Shown piece by piece: positions 35,972 to 48,963 of a DNA stretch of 64,000 nucleotides (its first letter is position 1; each line of letters starts with the position of its first letter). The DNA is from an uncultured Actinomycetes bacterium (GTDB lineage Bacteria > Actinomycetota > Thermoleophilia > UBA2241). The translations under genes and the position numbers were made by a program. The DNA is taken from the NCBI GenBank assembly GCA_963725665.1, contig CAVRZA010000008.1, forward strand, positions 128,001-192,000, given 5' to 3'. The notes under the pieces were generated by a model. That model was not told the DNA's origin and ran no database searches. It saw only the letters and a program-made list of their open reading frames with translations.

Positions 35972-36056
35972 CCTTTAATCCAGGTCCTGTGAGACCGGAA
36001 AGGGGGCAGTATGTCACGCGCACACATCGCCGACGGCCCGAAGGCGGTGTTTTTTT
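35972..36056 (+). ncRNA. PyrR-binding attenuator leader
   Basis: CCTTTAATCCAGGTCCTGTGAGACCGGAAAGG resembles the PyrR binding loop; followed by ACATCGCC/GGCGGTGT hairpin and T-tract directly before the pyrR ATG. Confidence 0.85.
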
Positions 36057-36632
36057 ATGCCTAGAGCCGCCAAGGTCGTCATGACGGACGAGCTGCTCAC
36101 GCGCACCGTCACGCGCATCGCCCACGAGATCCTGGAGAAGAACACCGGCGACGAGAAGCTGGCCGTCGTCGGCATCCACACCCGGGGCGCCTTCCTGGCG
36201 CGTCGGCTGCACGCCATCCTCAAGGAGATCGCCGGGCGCGAGGTGCCTCTGGGCGAGCTCGACATCTCCTTCTACCGCGACGACGTGGCCGCTCGCGGCG
36301 CCTACGGTGTCGTGCCGGCGACCCCCAACCCCGTGGTCCAGAGCACCGACTTGCCGTTCGCGGTCGACGGCGCCACCGTGGTGCTGGTCGACGATGTGCT
36401 CTACACGGGGCGCACCATCCGCGCCGCCATCGACGCCCTTTTCGACTATGGGCGCCCCGGGCGCGTGCAGCTTGCCGCGCTGGTCGACCGCGGCCACCGC
36501 GAGCTGCCCATCCGGCCCGACTACATCGGCAAGAACCTGCCCACCGCGCAGCGCGAGCGCATCGAGGTCCACCTGACCGAGGTCGACGGCGTCGACGAGG
36601 TCGTGCTCAAGAGCCCCGCGGAGGAGGAGTGA
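36057..36632 (+). CDS. pyrR: Pyrimidine operon attenuation protein/UPRTase PyrR
   Basis: RIAHEILEKN, GI.TRG, LDISFYRDD, VDDVLYTGRT, DRGHRELPIRPDY.GKN. Confidence 0.97.
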   Translation: MPRAAKVVMTDELLTRTVTRIAHEILEKNTGDEKLAVVGIHTRGAFLARRLHAILKEIAGREVPLGELDISFYRDDVAARGAYGVVPATPNPVVQSTDLPFAVDGATVVLVDDVLYTGRTIRAAIDALFDYGRPGRVQLAALVDRGHRELPIRPDYIGKNLPTAQRERIEVHLTEVDGVDEVVLKSPAEEE

Positions 36633-36633
36633 G

Positions 36634-37578
36634 ATGGCCAAGCGCGACCTGCTATCGATCGACGACCTGACGCGCGCCGAGGCCGAGCTCGTCCTCGATA
36701 CGGCCGAGAGCTTCTTGCCCGTCTTGCAGCGCGACATCAAGAAGGTGCCGACGTTGCGCGGGCGCACGATCATCAACATGTTCTACGAGTCCTCGACGCG
36801 CACGCTGACGAGCTTCGAGCTGGCGGCCAAGCGACTGTCGGCCGACACCATGAACGTGCGCGCCTCGGGCTCGGCGGTCGACAAGGGGGAGTCCCTCAAG
36901 GACACCATCCTCACGCTCTCGGCCTACCAGCCCGACATCATCGTCATGCGCCATCCCCAGATCGGCGCCGGCCGCCTCGCCTCGCGCTACACGCCGGCCA
37001 GCGTGATCAACGCCGGCGACGGCAAGTTCCAGCACCCCTCGCAGGCGCTGCTCGACCTCTTCACCATGCGCCAGGCGCTGGGCAAGGAGCTCGACGGCCT
37101 CAAGGTGTGGATCGTCGGCGACATCCTGCACAGTCGGGTGGCGCGCAGCGACATCGCCGCCTTCCAGCTTCTGGGCATGGAGGTCACCGTGGCCGGACCG
37201 CCGCCGCTCATCCCCCGCGACGTGGAGACGCTGGGGGTGACGGTCGAGCACAGCCTCGATCGCCTCAAGGAGGCCGACGTCGTCTACCTGCTGCGCATGC
37301 AGATGGAGCGCATGCAGGAGGGGGCCAACTTCATCCCCTCGCTGCGTGAGTACTCGGCCCTCTACGGCATGACCCTGGAGCGCCTGCGGCCGGGGCAGAA
37401 GGTGATGCACCCCGGCCCGATCAACCGCGGCATCGAGATCAGCCCGGCCGTCGCCGACCACCCCGACACGCTCATCCTCGAGCAGGTCGAGAGCGGGCTG
37501 GCGGTGCGCATGGCGATCCTCTACCGCACCATCGTCGGCTACGACGAACGGTCGGCGAGCGAGAGGGGTGCGGCATGA
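36634..37578 (+). CDS. pyrB: Aspartate carbamoyltransferase catalytic subunit
   Basis: FYESSTRT..SFE, NAGDG..HPSQALLD, MHPGP.NRG. Confidence 0.97.
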   Translation: MAKRDLLSIDDLTRAEAELVLDTAESFLPVLQRDIKKVPTLRGRTIINMFYESSTRTLTSFELAAKRLSADTMNVRASGSAVDKGESLKDTILTLSAYQPDIIVMRHPQIGAGRLASRYTPASVINAGDGKFQHPSQALLDLFTMRQALGKELDGLKVWIVGDILHSRVARSDIAAFQLLGMEVTVAGPPPLIPRDVETLGVTVEHSLDRLKEADVVYLLRMQMERMQEGANFIPSLREYSALYGMTLERLRPGQKVMHPGPINRGIEISPAVADHPDTLILEQVESGLAVRMAILYRTIVGYDERSASERGAA

Positions 37579-38894
37579 GCGTGCGCGTCTGGTCGAAGGG
37601 CGGGGCGGGCGCCGACCTCGTCGTGCGCGGCGCCCGCGTCGTCGACCCGCAAGCCAAGCTCGACGACGTCTGCGACGTCCTGATCAAGAAGGGCAAGATC
37701 GCGGCGATCGGCGAGAACCTGGAGGCGCCTGAAGGGACCAGGACGGTCGACGGCGCCGGCCGCCTGCTCGTGCCGGGCTTCGTCGACTTGCACGCGCACC
37801 TGCGCACTCCGGGACGCGAAGACGAGGAGGACCTAGTCAGCGGCACGGCGGCCGCCGCGGCCGGTGGCTACGTCGCCCTCTTCTCGATGGCCAACACGGA
37901 CCCGGTGATCGACTCGGCGCCCGTGCTCGAGGGGCTCGCGCAGCGGGCCGGAGCCGAGGCGAGCGTGCCCACGGGCTTCTTCGCTTCTGTCAGCAGGGAC
38001 CTGGCCGGCAAGCAGCTCACCGAGATGTACGAGCTGGCGCAGGCCGGCGCGGTGGGCTTCAGTGACGACGGAAAGCCGCTGGCGACGGCGCAGCTTCTGC
38101 GCCGCGCGCTGCAGTACGTCAAGGTCACCGACCGCTTCGTCGCCCTGCACGCGCAGGACGACGCCCTCATGGGCGCGGGGGTCATGCACGAAGGGCCGGT
38201 GTCGGCGAAGCTGGGCCTGGGCGGCATCCCGGCCATCGCCGAGAGCGCCGACGTGGCCCGCGCCCTCGAGGTGGCGCGCTACGAGGACGGCCGCGTTCAT
38301 CTCTGCCACGTAAGCAGCGAGCTCTCGCTCGAGCACCTGGAGCGGGCCAAGAAGCTCGGCGTGCGCGTGACGGCCGAGGCGACGCCGCACCACCTGACGA
38401 TGACCGACGAGGCCGTCTACTCCCTCGACTCCGGCGTGAAGATGAACCCGCCGCTGCGCGCCGCGAGCGACCGTATGGCGCTCGTCGCGGCGCTCAAGAG
38501 CGGGCTCATCGACTGCGTGGCCACCGATCACGCGCCCCATGCGCAGCAGGAGAAGGAGGTGCCCTTCGAGGCGGCCGCCTTCGGCACCATCGGCCTCGAG
38601 ACGGCCTTCGCCTCGCTGTACACGCGCGCCGTGCTCACCAAGGAGATCTCGCTGCCGGTGCTCATCGAGCGCATGAGCCAGGCGCCGGCGCGCATCGCCG
38701 GCATGAGGCCGCCCACCATCGTCGCGGGGGAGACGGCCAACGTGTGCCTCATCGACCCCGAGGCGCGCTGGGTGGTCGAGGCGACGCAGCTGCGGTCCAA
38801 GTCGACGAACTCGGCCTGGCTCGGCGAGACGCTGCAAGGGCGCGTCGCGCTCACGGTCGCGGGCGGCCGGCTCGTGTTCGAGGGCGGCGCCTAG
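37575..38894 (+). CDS. pyrC: Dihydroorotase
   Basis: PGFVDLHAHLR.PG, HLCHVS, EATPHHL, KMNPPLR, ATDHAPH. Confidence 0.96.
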   Translation: MSVRVWSKGGAGADLVVRGARVVDPQAKLDDVCDVLIKKGKIAAIGENLEAPEGTRTVDGAGRLLVPGFVDLHAHLRTPGREDEEDLVSGTAAAAAGGYVALFSMANTDPVIDSAPVLEGLAQRAGAEASVPTGFFASVSRDLAGKQLTEMYELAQAGAVGFSDDGKPLATAQLLRRALQYVKVTDRFVALHAQDDALMGAGVMHEGPVSAKLGLGGIPAIAESADVARALEVARYEDGRVHLCHVSSELSLEHLERAKKLGVRVTAEATPHHLTMTDEAVYSLDSGVKMNPPLRAASDRMALVAALKSGLIDCVATDHAPHAQQEKEVPFEAAAFGTIGLETAFASLYTRAVLTKEISLPVLIERMSQAPARIAGMRPPTIVAGETANVCLIDPEARWVVEATQLRSKSTNSAWLGETLQGRVALTVAGGRLVFEGGA

Positions 38895-38907
38895 GGGCGC
38901 GGGGGCA

Positions 38908-40344
38908 GTGCCCAAGCCAGCCCTGCTTGTCCTCGAGGACGGCGCTTCGTTCGCCGGCGAGGCGCTCATCGGGTCCGGCACCGCCGGCGGTGAGCTCGTC
39001 TTCACCACGAGCATGACCGGCTACCAGGAGATCGCCTCCGACCCGTCCTACCACGGGCAGATCGTCGTCTACACGTTCCCCATGGTCGGCAACTACGGGG
39101 CGGCGCCGGGGCTCGACGAGAGCCCCGACGCCGCCCCGCCGGCCATCGTCGCGCGCGAGATCACCAACTACGCCTACAACCGCGCCGCGGAGGCTGGCTG
39201 GCTCACCTGGCTCTCGGCCCGCGGCGTCGTCGCCGTCACCGGCGTCGACACACGCGCCGTGACGCGCCACATCCGCGAGCGCGGCGCCATGCGCGCCATC
39301 GTGAGCACCGAGAGCGCCGCCGTCGAGACGCTGCGCGAGGCGGCGCTGCGCGTGCCGCCGATGGGCGGGCGCGACCTCGCCGCTGAGGTCACCTGCGGCG
39401 AGCGCCGCGAGGTCGTGCCCGCCGACCCTTCTGAGGCGCGCTTCCATGTCGTGGTCGTCGATCTCGGCGTCAAGCGCTCCATCCTCGACCTTCTCCTTGC
39501 CCAAGGCTGTCGCCTTACCGTCGTGCCCGCCTCGACGAGCGCCAAAGCGATCCTGAGACTCGAGCCCGACGGGGTGCTCCTCTCGAACGGCCCCGGAGAC
39601 CCGGCCGCCGTCACCTACGCCGTCAAGACTACGCGGGGCCTGCTCGGCCGCGTGCCGGTGTTCGGCATCTGTCTGGGCCATCAGCTCCTCGCCCTCGCGC
39701 TCGGTCTGCGCACGTACAAGCTGCCCTTCGGGCACCGGGGCGCCAACCACCCCGTCAAGGACCTGCGCACGGGGAGGGTCGAGGTAACGACGCAGAACCA
39801 CGGCTTCGCCGTGATGCAACCCGACCAGCTTCCCTCCGGCATCGAGCTCACGCATGTGAGCCTCAACGACGGCACCGTCGAGGGGCTGGCCGATGCGGCC
39901 CGCCATGCCTTCTCGGTGCAGTACCACCCCGAGGCCTCACCCGGCCCGCACGACGCGCAGCACCTCTTCGCCCGCTTCGCCGCCGAGATGCAGGCCTTTC
40001 GCGGCGCCGCCGAGGCGGATGACGGAGCGAGGCCAAGGCAGCGGCGCGCGCAGACGGCGGGCGCGCCGGCGACCACCTCTGGGCAGGCTGCTGACGCAAG
40101 TGACCTGCCGGCATCCGCTACGGAACTGATCGCAAAGGCCGCGGACCTTCCGGCTGATGCGGCGGCGACGCAGGCGGCGACATCGCACGCTCCCGTGGTC
40201 GACACTGGTGAAGGCGACTCACCGACCGATGGCGGACACGAGACGGACGAGGGCGGCGGCCGGCCGTACCGGCACCCGAGCCTCAAGGATGCGCTACGCG
40301 GGCACCTGGGCAGGCTTGGCGACCTGGGGCGCAGGGAGGGGTAG
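38908..40344 (+). CDS. carA: Carbamoyl-phosphate synthase small subunit with about 110-aa C-terminal extension
   Basis: [42 protein letters not shown]. Confidence 0.96.
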   Translation: MPKPALLVLEDGASFAGEALIGSGTAGGELVFTTSMTGYQEIASDPSYHGQIVVYTFPMVGNYGAAPGLDESPDAAPPAIVAREITNYAYNRAAEAGWLTWLSARGVVAVTGVDTRAVTRHIRERGAMRAIVSTESAAVETLREAALRVPPMGGRDLAAEVTCGERREVVPADPSEARFHVVVVDLGVKRSILDLLLAQGCRLTVVPASTSAKAILRLEPDGVLLSNGPGDPAAVTYAVKTTRGLLGRVPVFGICLGHQLLALALGLRTYKLPFGHRGANHPVKDLRTGRVEVTTQNHGFAVMQPDQLPSGIELTHVSLNDGTVEGLADAARHAFSVQYHPEASPGPHDAQHLFARFAAEMQAFRGAAEADDGARPRQRRAQTAGAPATTSGQAADASDLPASATELIAKAADLPADAAATQAATSHAPVVDTGEGDSPTDGGHETDEGGGRPYRHPSLKDALRGHLGRLGDLGRREG

Positions 40345-40346
40345 GC

Positions 40347-43546
<3,200 letters not shown>

Positions 43547-43568
<22 letters not shown>

Positions 43569-44380
43569 ACCCAGACCGGGAGCATGAGCGCCGTGCCGTC
43601 AGCCGCGACTGCCGCGTCGTCGAGTCGCGCCGCTTCGGCGCCTTCTCGTTGCTCTCGCTGGCCGCTATCGAGATCGCCGCTCGCGCCGCTCCCGGCCAGT
43701 TCGTTATGGTAGGCGTGCCCGGCGGGCGCTTCCTCCTGCGCCGGCCCATCTCGCTGCACTCGGTCGACGGCGAGCGTGTGCGACTGCTAATCGAAGCTCG
43801 CGGCGAGGGGTCGGCCGTGCTCGCGGCCGCCGAGGTCGGCGACACGCTACCTCTGGCCGGACCACTGGGCAGTGGGTTCCGGCTGGAGGGGGTGCGCGCG
43901 GCGCTGCTCGTGGCCGGCGGCATCGGGGCGGCGCCGCTGCAGTTCGTCGCCGACGAGCTCGTCGCGGCCGAGGTGCCCGTCGTCGGCGCCTTCGGCTTTC
44001 GCGACGCCGCCCAGGCGCGCCTCGTGGGCGCCTTCGAGATCGACCCCCTGTGGGTGGCGAGCGACGACGGCTCGGTGGGGCGGCGGGGCACCGCCGTCGA
44101 CCTGCTCGACACCATCGACGTGCCCGACGGAGCGACCGTCTTCGCCTGCGGCCCGGCGGCGATGGTCGCGGCACTCGCGCCCTGGGTCACGGCGCGCGGT
44201 CTCCAGGGCTACGCGTCGCTCGAGGCGCACATGGCCTGCGGGACCGGCGCCTGTCACGGATGCGTCGTGCCCACGCGCGCCGGGTATCGTCGCGTCTGCG
44301 CCGACGGACCGGTGTTCGCCCTGAACGACCTGGCGACCTCATCGAGACCAGGTCCGGCGACGGCCGGGGAGGCTCCATGA
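43547..44380 (+). CDS. pyrK: Dihydroorotate dehydrogenase electron transfer subunit
   Basis: PGQFVMV, LRRPISL, GGIG.AP, ACGP, MACG.GAC.GC..C.DGPVF. Confidence 0.92.
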
Positions 44381-45348
44381 CCACGGCCCAGCGGGCGCGC
44401 GGCGGCCTCGAGCCCGACCTCTCGGTCGAGCTCGGCCCGTTGCGCCTGCCGCACCCGGTGCTCAATGCCAGCGGCACCTTCGACCTGCTCGAGGCCGCCG
44501 CGCGCTACGAGGGCGACCTGGTGGCCGAGTTCCCCTTCGCGGCCTACGTGCCGAAGACTGTGACTCTGGAGCGGCGCGAGGGCAACCCGCCGCCGCGCGT
44601 CACCGAGACGCCCGCCGGCATGATCAACTCGGTGGGTCTGCAGAACCCGGGGCTCAAGGGATACCTGCTCGACCTGGCGCAGCTCACTGCGCTCGTCGCG
44701 CCGGTGATCGTCAATGTCGGCGGCGGCCGCCCGGAGGACTACCTCGCTGTGATCGAGCGGCTCGAGGTGTGGCTCGAGGGCAGCTCGAAGCCGGACGTAC
44801 GCGCCTATGAACTCAACGTCTCCTGCCCCAACGTCGCTACGGGCCTCGCCATCGGCGCCGACGCGGCGGCGACCGCCGACCTCGTGGCGCGCGTCAAGGC
44901 GGTGACGAGACGCTTCGTGATGGTCAAGCTCACGCCCAACGTCACCTCCGTGGTCGAGATCGCGCTCGCCGCCGAGGCCGCCGGTGCCGACGGGCTCTCT
45001 CTCGTCAACACCTTCAAGGCGCTCGTGCTCGACGGCGATACGCTCCTACCCTTCCTCGGCGGTGTGACCGGCGGTCTCTGCGGCCCGGCGATCAAACCGA
45101 TCGCCCTGCGTATGGTGGCCGAGGTCGCGGGCGCCGTGCGTGTGCCCGTCGTGGGCATGGGGGGCATCGTCTCGGGCCGCGACGTGCTGGAGTTCATCGC
45201 TTGCGGCGCGACCGCAGTGCAGGTCGGGGCGGCCAACTTCGCCGGCATCGATGCAGCAGGCCGTATCGTCGCCGAGTTGGGCGACGAGATGCGGCGGCGG
45301 GGGATCGGCCGCCTGGACGAGGTGCGAGCACGAGCGGCGCTGCCGTGA
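44377..45348 (+). CDS. pyrD: Dihydroorotate dehydrogenase family 1B catalytic subunit
   Basis: ASGTF, GNPPPR..ETPAGM.N..GLQNPG, ELNVSCPN, KLTPNV, G.AIKPIALR. Confidence 0.95.
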   Translation: MTTAQRARGGLEPDLSVELGPLRLPHPVLNASGTFDLLEAAARYEGDLVAEFPFAAYVPKTVTLERREGNPPPRVTETPAGMINSVGLQNPGLKGYLLDLAQLTALVAPVIVNVGGGRPEDYLAVIERLEVWLEGSSKPDVRAYELNVSCPNVATGLAIGADAAATADLVARVKAVTRRFVMVKLTPNVTSVVEIALAAEAAGADGLSLVNTFKALVLDGDTLLPFLGGVTGGLCGPAIKPIALRMVAEVAGAVRVPVVGMGGIVSGRDVLEFIACGATAVQVGAANFAGIDAAGRIVAELGDEMRRRGIGRLDEVRARAALP

Positions 45349-45467
45349 GTGTGCCCCTGAGAGCCTGAGGCATGAAGTTGGTAGGAGCCAAAATACCAGC
45401 ATCTCTCGGCCTTTTTTCGCTTCGCAGCGTCTTGAACTGACTCTGGCCCTCCTATAGAATCCCCCGC

Positions 45468-45800
45468 ATGTCAGCCACCGTGAAGCAGATCAACACCGCT
45501 CCCGCACGCTCGCTGAACCAGCGGATGGAGGCCCTGCTGCGCGCCAATCAGGTGCGCAGCAAGCGCGCCGCGCTCAAGGCCGACCTGAAGAGGGGCAAGG
45601 CGAGCATCGTCACGGTGCTGGGCGACCCACCTGAGTTCCTCGCGACGGCAAAGGTCATCGACGTGCTGATGGCCGCGCCGAAGTGCGGCAGGGTGAAGTC
45701 GGCGAAGATCATGGAGATGTGCCGCGTCAGCCAGAGCAAGACAGTGGGCGGCCTCTCCGATCGCCAGCGCCGGGAGCTCCTCGCCTACTTCGGAGGCTAG
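45468..45800 (+). CDS. mihF: Actinobacterial integration host factor (mIHF)
   Basis: RAALKADLK.G, KV.D.L..P..G.VK..IM..V...VGGL..RQR..L; upstream of gmk. Confidence 0.85.
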   Translation: MSATVKQINTAPARSLNQRMEALLRANQVRSKRAALKADLKRGKASIVTVLGDPPEFLATAKVIDVLMAAPKCGRVKSAKIMEMCRVSQSKTVGGLSDRQRRELLAYFGG

Positions 45801-45803
45801 GGC

Positions 45804-46364
45804 ATCGCGCAGGTCTTCGTGATCTCGGGGCCGTCGGGCGCCGGGAAGGGGACCGTCATCGCGCGCGTGCTCGAGTCTCTCGACGGGCTGTCTCTGTCGG
45901 TGTCGGCGACCACGCGGCCGCCGCGTCCCGGAGAGATCGACGGCGTGCACTACCACTTCCTCTCCCGCGACCAGTTCGAGCGCGCTGCTGACGAGGGCAG
46001 GTTTCTTGAGTGGGTAGAGTATGGAGGTAACCTGTACGGCACGCTGCGTAGCGATGTCGAAAGCAGGCTGGCGGAGGGCAGCGACGTCATCCTTGAGATC
46101 GAGCTCCAGGGGGCGCGCAACGTGCGGCGCGCGCTGCCCGACGCGGAGCTCATCTTCATCGCCCCGCCGTCGTTCGGCGACCTCGCCGCGAGACTGCGTG
46201 GCAGGGGGACCGAGAGTGAGCACGCCATCGCGGCGCGCTTGCGCATCGCGCGCGACGAGGTCGCGGCGGCGCGAGAGTTCGATCACGTGGTGGTGAACGA
46301 CGAGGCCAACAAGGCGGCGCGCGAGGTGGTGGAGCTCATCGTCGCGCGCCGCACCGTGAGCTAG
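45804..46364 (+). CDS. gmk: Guanylate kinase (probable ATC start; first canonical GTG at 45819)
   Basis: VFVISGPSGAGKGT, SVSATTR.PRPGE.DG.HY.F, FLEW, LEIE.QGA. Confidence 0.95.
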   Translation: MAQVFVISGPSGAGKGTVIARVLESLDGLSLSVSATTRPPRPGEIDGVHYHFLSRDQFERAADEGRFLEWVEYGGNLYGTLRSDVESRLAEGSDVILEIELQGARNVRRALPDAELIFIAPPSFGDLAARLRGRGTESEHAIAARLRIARDEVAAAREFDHVVVNDEANKAAREVVELIVARRTVS

Positions 46365-46381
46365 AAGAGAGAGGGAGACCA

Positions 46382-46618
46382 GTGGACCGTCCAAGCATCG
46401 ACGAGTTGCTCGGCCACGCCGGCGGGTCGCGCTACGCGCTCGCGATCATCGCGGCCAAGCGCGCTCGGCAGATCAACAACTACTACAACAGCCTCGGTGA
46501 GGGACTCCTCGACGACGACTTCCCGCCGCCGCTCGTTACCTCGCGCAGCAAGAACCTGCTGACGATCTCGCTCGAAGAGGTCGCCGAGGGCAAGATCGGC
46601 CTGTCGCACAGGGACTGA
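46382..46618 (+). CDS. rpoZ: RNA polymerase omega subunit
   Basis: P.IDELL..SRYAL..AAKRARQIN.YY; gmk-rpoZ-coaBC synteny. Confidence 0.93.
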   Translation: MDRPSIDELLGHAGGSRYALAIIAAKRARQINNYYNSLGEGLLDDDFPPPLVTSRSKNLLTISLEEVAEGKIGLSHRD

Positions 46619-46683
46619 CGCCGTCGCTGCGTGGCGACCGGGGAGGGGGACGTGAGCGACATCGGCCAGCGAGAGGCGAGGGC

Positions 46684-47901
46684 GTGAACGAGGGTGAGCG
46701 GACCGTGCTGGTGGGGGTCACCGGCGGCATCGCCGTGTACAAAGCCGTGGAGCTGGTGCGTCTGCTGGTCAAGGACGGGTTCGCCCCCGTCGTGGTCGCC
46801 ACCGAGGCCGCCAAGCGCTTCGTGATGCCGCTGACCTTCGCCGCCATCTCGGGCTCGCCCGTCCTCGAAGAGGAGAGCGCCTGGCGGGCCGACGGCGGTT
46901 GGTTCCAGCACATCGAGGCCGCGCGCCGAGCTCAGGCGCTGGTCGTCGCCCCCGCGACGGCCAACACGCTGGCGAAGATGGCCGCCGGCATCGCCGACAA
47001 CCTCCTGACGGCGATCTACCTGGCGTTCCGAGGTCCCGTCGTCGTCGCGCCCAGCGCGAACTGGGCGATGTACGAGCACCCGGCGACGCAGGAGAACCTG
47101 CGCGTGCTGGCCGGACGCGGCGTCGAGGTGCTGCCGACGGGCGAAGGCGCGCTCGCCTGCGGCGAGACCGGTTCGGGGCGCATGGCCGAGCCCGACGAGA
47201 TCCTCGCCGCCGTCAAGCGCGCCTTCGCCGCCGCCGCCGCCGGGCCGCTGGCCGGGCGCAAGGTCGTCGTCACCGCCGGCGGCACGCGCGAACCGCTCGA
47301 CGCGGTGCGCTTCATCGGCAACCGCTCGAGCGGCAAGATGGGGCGCGCCGTGGCCGACGACGCCTACCTGCGCGGGGCCGAAGTGGTCCTCATCGAGGCC
47401 GTGCGCGCGACGCTGCAGACCGCCTACCGGCGGCTCGTTGTCGAGACCTGCGACGAGATGGCCGCGGCGGTGGCCGCCGAGACGGCCGACGCCGACGTGC
47501 TCGTCATGGCGGCGGCCGTCGCCGACTTCAAGCCGGCGCGGCCGCAGACGCACGAGAAGATCGACCGCGCCGGCCGAGACCAGCTCACCGTCGAGCTCGT
47601 GCCCACAGTCGATATCCTCGCGACGAGCGCCCGCGCGGGCCTCCTGCGCGTCGGCTTCGCCGCCGAGGCCGGCCCGCGCCTCGACCGCGCCCGCGCCAAG
47701 AAGGCCGCCAAGGGCGTCGACCTGCTCGTCTTCAACGACATCTTGGCGGTCGGCGTCGGCATCGGCTCCGACGAGAACGAGATCACCATCCTCGCCCCGC
47801 GCGAGGAGATCCGCATCGAGCGCAGTCCCAAGTCGGAGTGCGCCCGGGCCATCCTCGACCAGGTCGAGCTGTTGCTCACGAGTAGGAGAAGCGCTACATG
47901 A
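46684..47901 (+). CDS. coaBC: Phosphopantothenoylcysteine decarboxylase/ligase
   Basis: GVTGGIAVYK, APATAN.LAK.A.G.ADNL, LACG..G.GRM, TAGGT.E.LD.VRFI.N.SSGKMG. Confidence 0.96.
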   Translation: MNEGERTVLVGVTGGIAVYKAVELVRLLVKDGFAPVVVATEAAKRFVMPLTFAAISGSPVLEEESAWRADGGWFQHIEAARRAQALVVAPATANTLAKMAAGIADNLLTAIYLAFRGPVVVAPSANWAMYEHPATQENLRVLAGRGVEVLPTGEGALACGETGSGRMAEPDEILAAVKRAFAAAAAGPLAGRKVVVTAGGTREPLDAVRFIGNRSSGKMGRAVADDAYLRGAEVVLIEAVRATLQTAYRRLVVETCDEMAAAVAAETADADVLVMAAAVADFKPARPQTHEKIDRAGRDQLTVELVPTVDILATSARAGLLRVGFAAEAGPRLDRARAKKAAKGVDLLVFNDILAVGVGIGSDENEITILAPREEIRIERSPKSECARAILDQVELLLTSRRSAT

Positions 47902-48455
47902 GCCTGGATCGCGCGCAGCTCGCGGCGCTCGTCGACGAACGCGTCGCCAACGAGAACCTGCGCCGCCACATGCTCGCCAGCGAGGCCATCATGCGCGCAG
48001 TAGCCGTCCATCTCGGAAGGGATGCGGACGTCTGGGGTCTCGCGGGTCTCGGCCACGACCTCGATTCCGAGCAGACCGAGGACGACTTCAGGCGCCACGG
48101 GCGCGAGGCCGCCGATCTCCTGGCCGCGGCCGGCGCGCCCGACGACGTGGTCCACGCCGTCGCGGCGCACAACCCGGCCACCGGCGCGCCGGCCGATCGG
48201 CCCATCGACGTCGCGCTCATCGCCGCCGACCAGCTCAGCGGGCTGATCACGGCTGCCGCACTCGTGCGTCCCGACAAGGAGCTGGCCGGCGTGCAGGTGA
48301 AGTCGCTGCGCAAGCGCTTCCGTGAAGGCGCGTTCGCGCGGGGGGTCGACCGAGCCTCCATCCAGCGCTGCGAGGAGCTCGGCATCCCTCTGGACGACTT
48401 CTTCGCCCTCGGCCTCGCCGCGATGCAGGACATCGCACCCAGCTTGGGTATGTAG
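47898..48455 (+). CDS. HD-domain metal-dependent phosphohydrolase
   Basis: LRRHML, GL.HDLD, H, AH, AD..SGLI.A..LVRP.K. Confidence 0.85.
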   Translation: MSLDRAQLAALVDERVANENLRRHMLASEAIMRAVAVHLGRDADVWGLAGLGHDLDSEQTEDDFRRHGREAADLLAAAGAPDDVVHAVAAHNPATGAPADRPIDVALIAADQLSGLITAAALVRPDKELAGVQVKSLRKRFREGAFARGVDRASIQRCEELGIPLDDFFALGLAAMQDIAPSLGM

Positions 48456-48510
48456 CGTTAAGGCGTCCGCGACGCGGCCGCAAGGCGCCGTCGCGGTGGC
48501 AGGCGAGCGC

Positions 48511-48942
48511 ATGGACGACGAGAACAGACGACCCCGGGGCGACGAGCCCGCAGTACCGCACGACGAGGCCTACGACCTCTTCCAACGTGGGCAGACGTTC
48601 CTGCGCCACAATCACCCCGGCCAGGCGGCCGTCTTCTTCGAGCGCGCCCGGCGCCTCGCGCCCGGCAAGAACTCGATCCGCGAGGCGCTCGGGCGCGCGT
48701 ACTTCCATCTCGGCTGCTACGACCGTGCCGCCGCGGAGTTCTCGGCCATCGTCGAGCACGTGCCGACGAACGACTACGCGCGCTACGCTTTCGGACGCGC
48801 GCTGCTCAAGCTCGGCCGATTCGCCGAGGCGCGCGCCCAACTGCGCCTGGCGCTCGCCATGTCACCCGCCAATCACTGGTACCAGGCCGCGCTGGAGCGC
48901 TGCCTGGCCGAGGAGCAGCGCGCGGCAGACGCCGGTCGGTGA
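48511..48942 (+). CDS. Tetratricopeptide repeat protein
   Basis: EAYDLFQRG, SIREALGRAYF, YA..A.G.AL..LG...EA helical repeats. Confidence 0.8.
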   Translation: MDDENRRPRGDEPAVPHDEAYDLFQRGQTFLRHNHPGQAAVFFERARRLAPGKNSIREALGRAYFHLGCYDRAAAEFSAIVEHVPTNDYARYAFGRALLKLGRFAEARAQLRLALAMSPANHWYQAALERCLAEEQRAADAGR

Positions 48943-48963
48943 CCGCCGTACCGGGGGGTGCGG

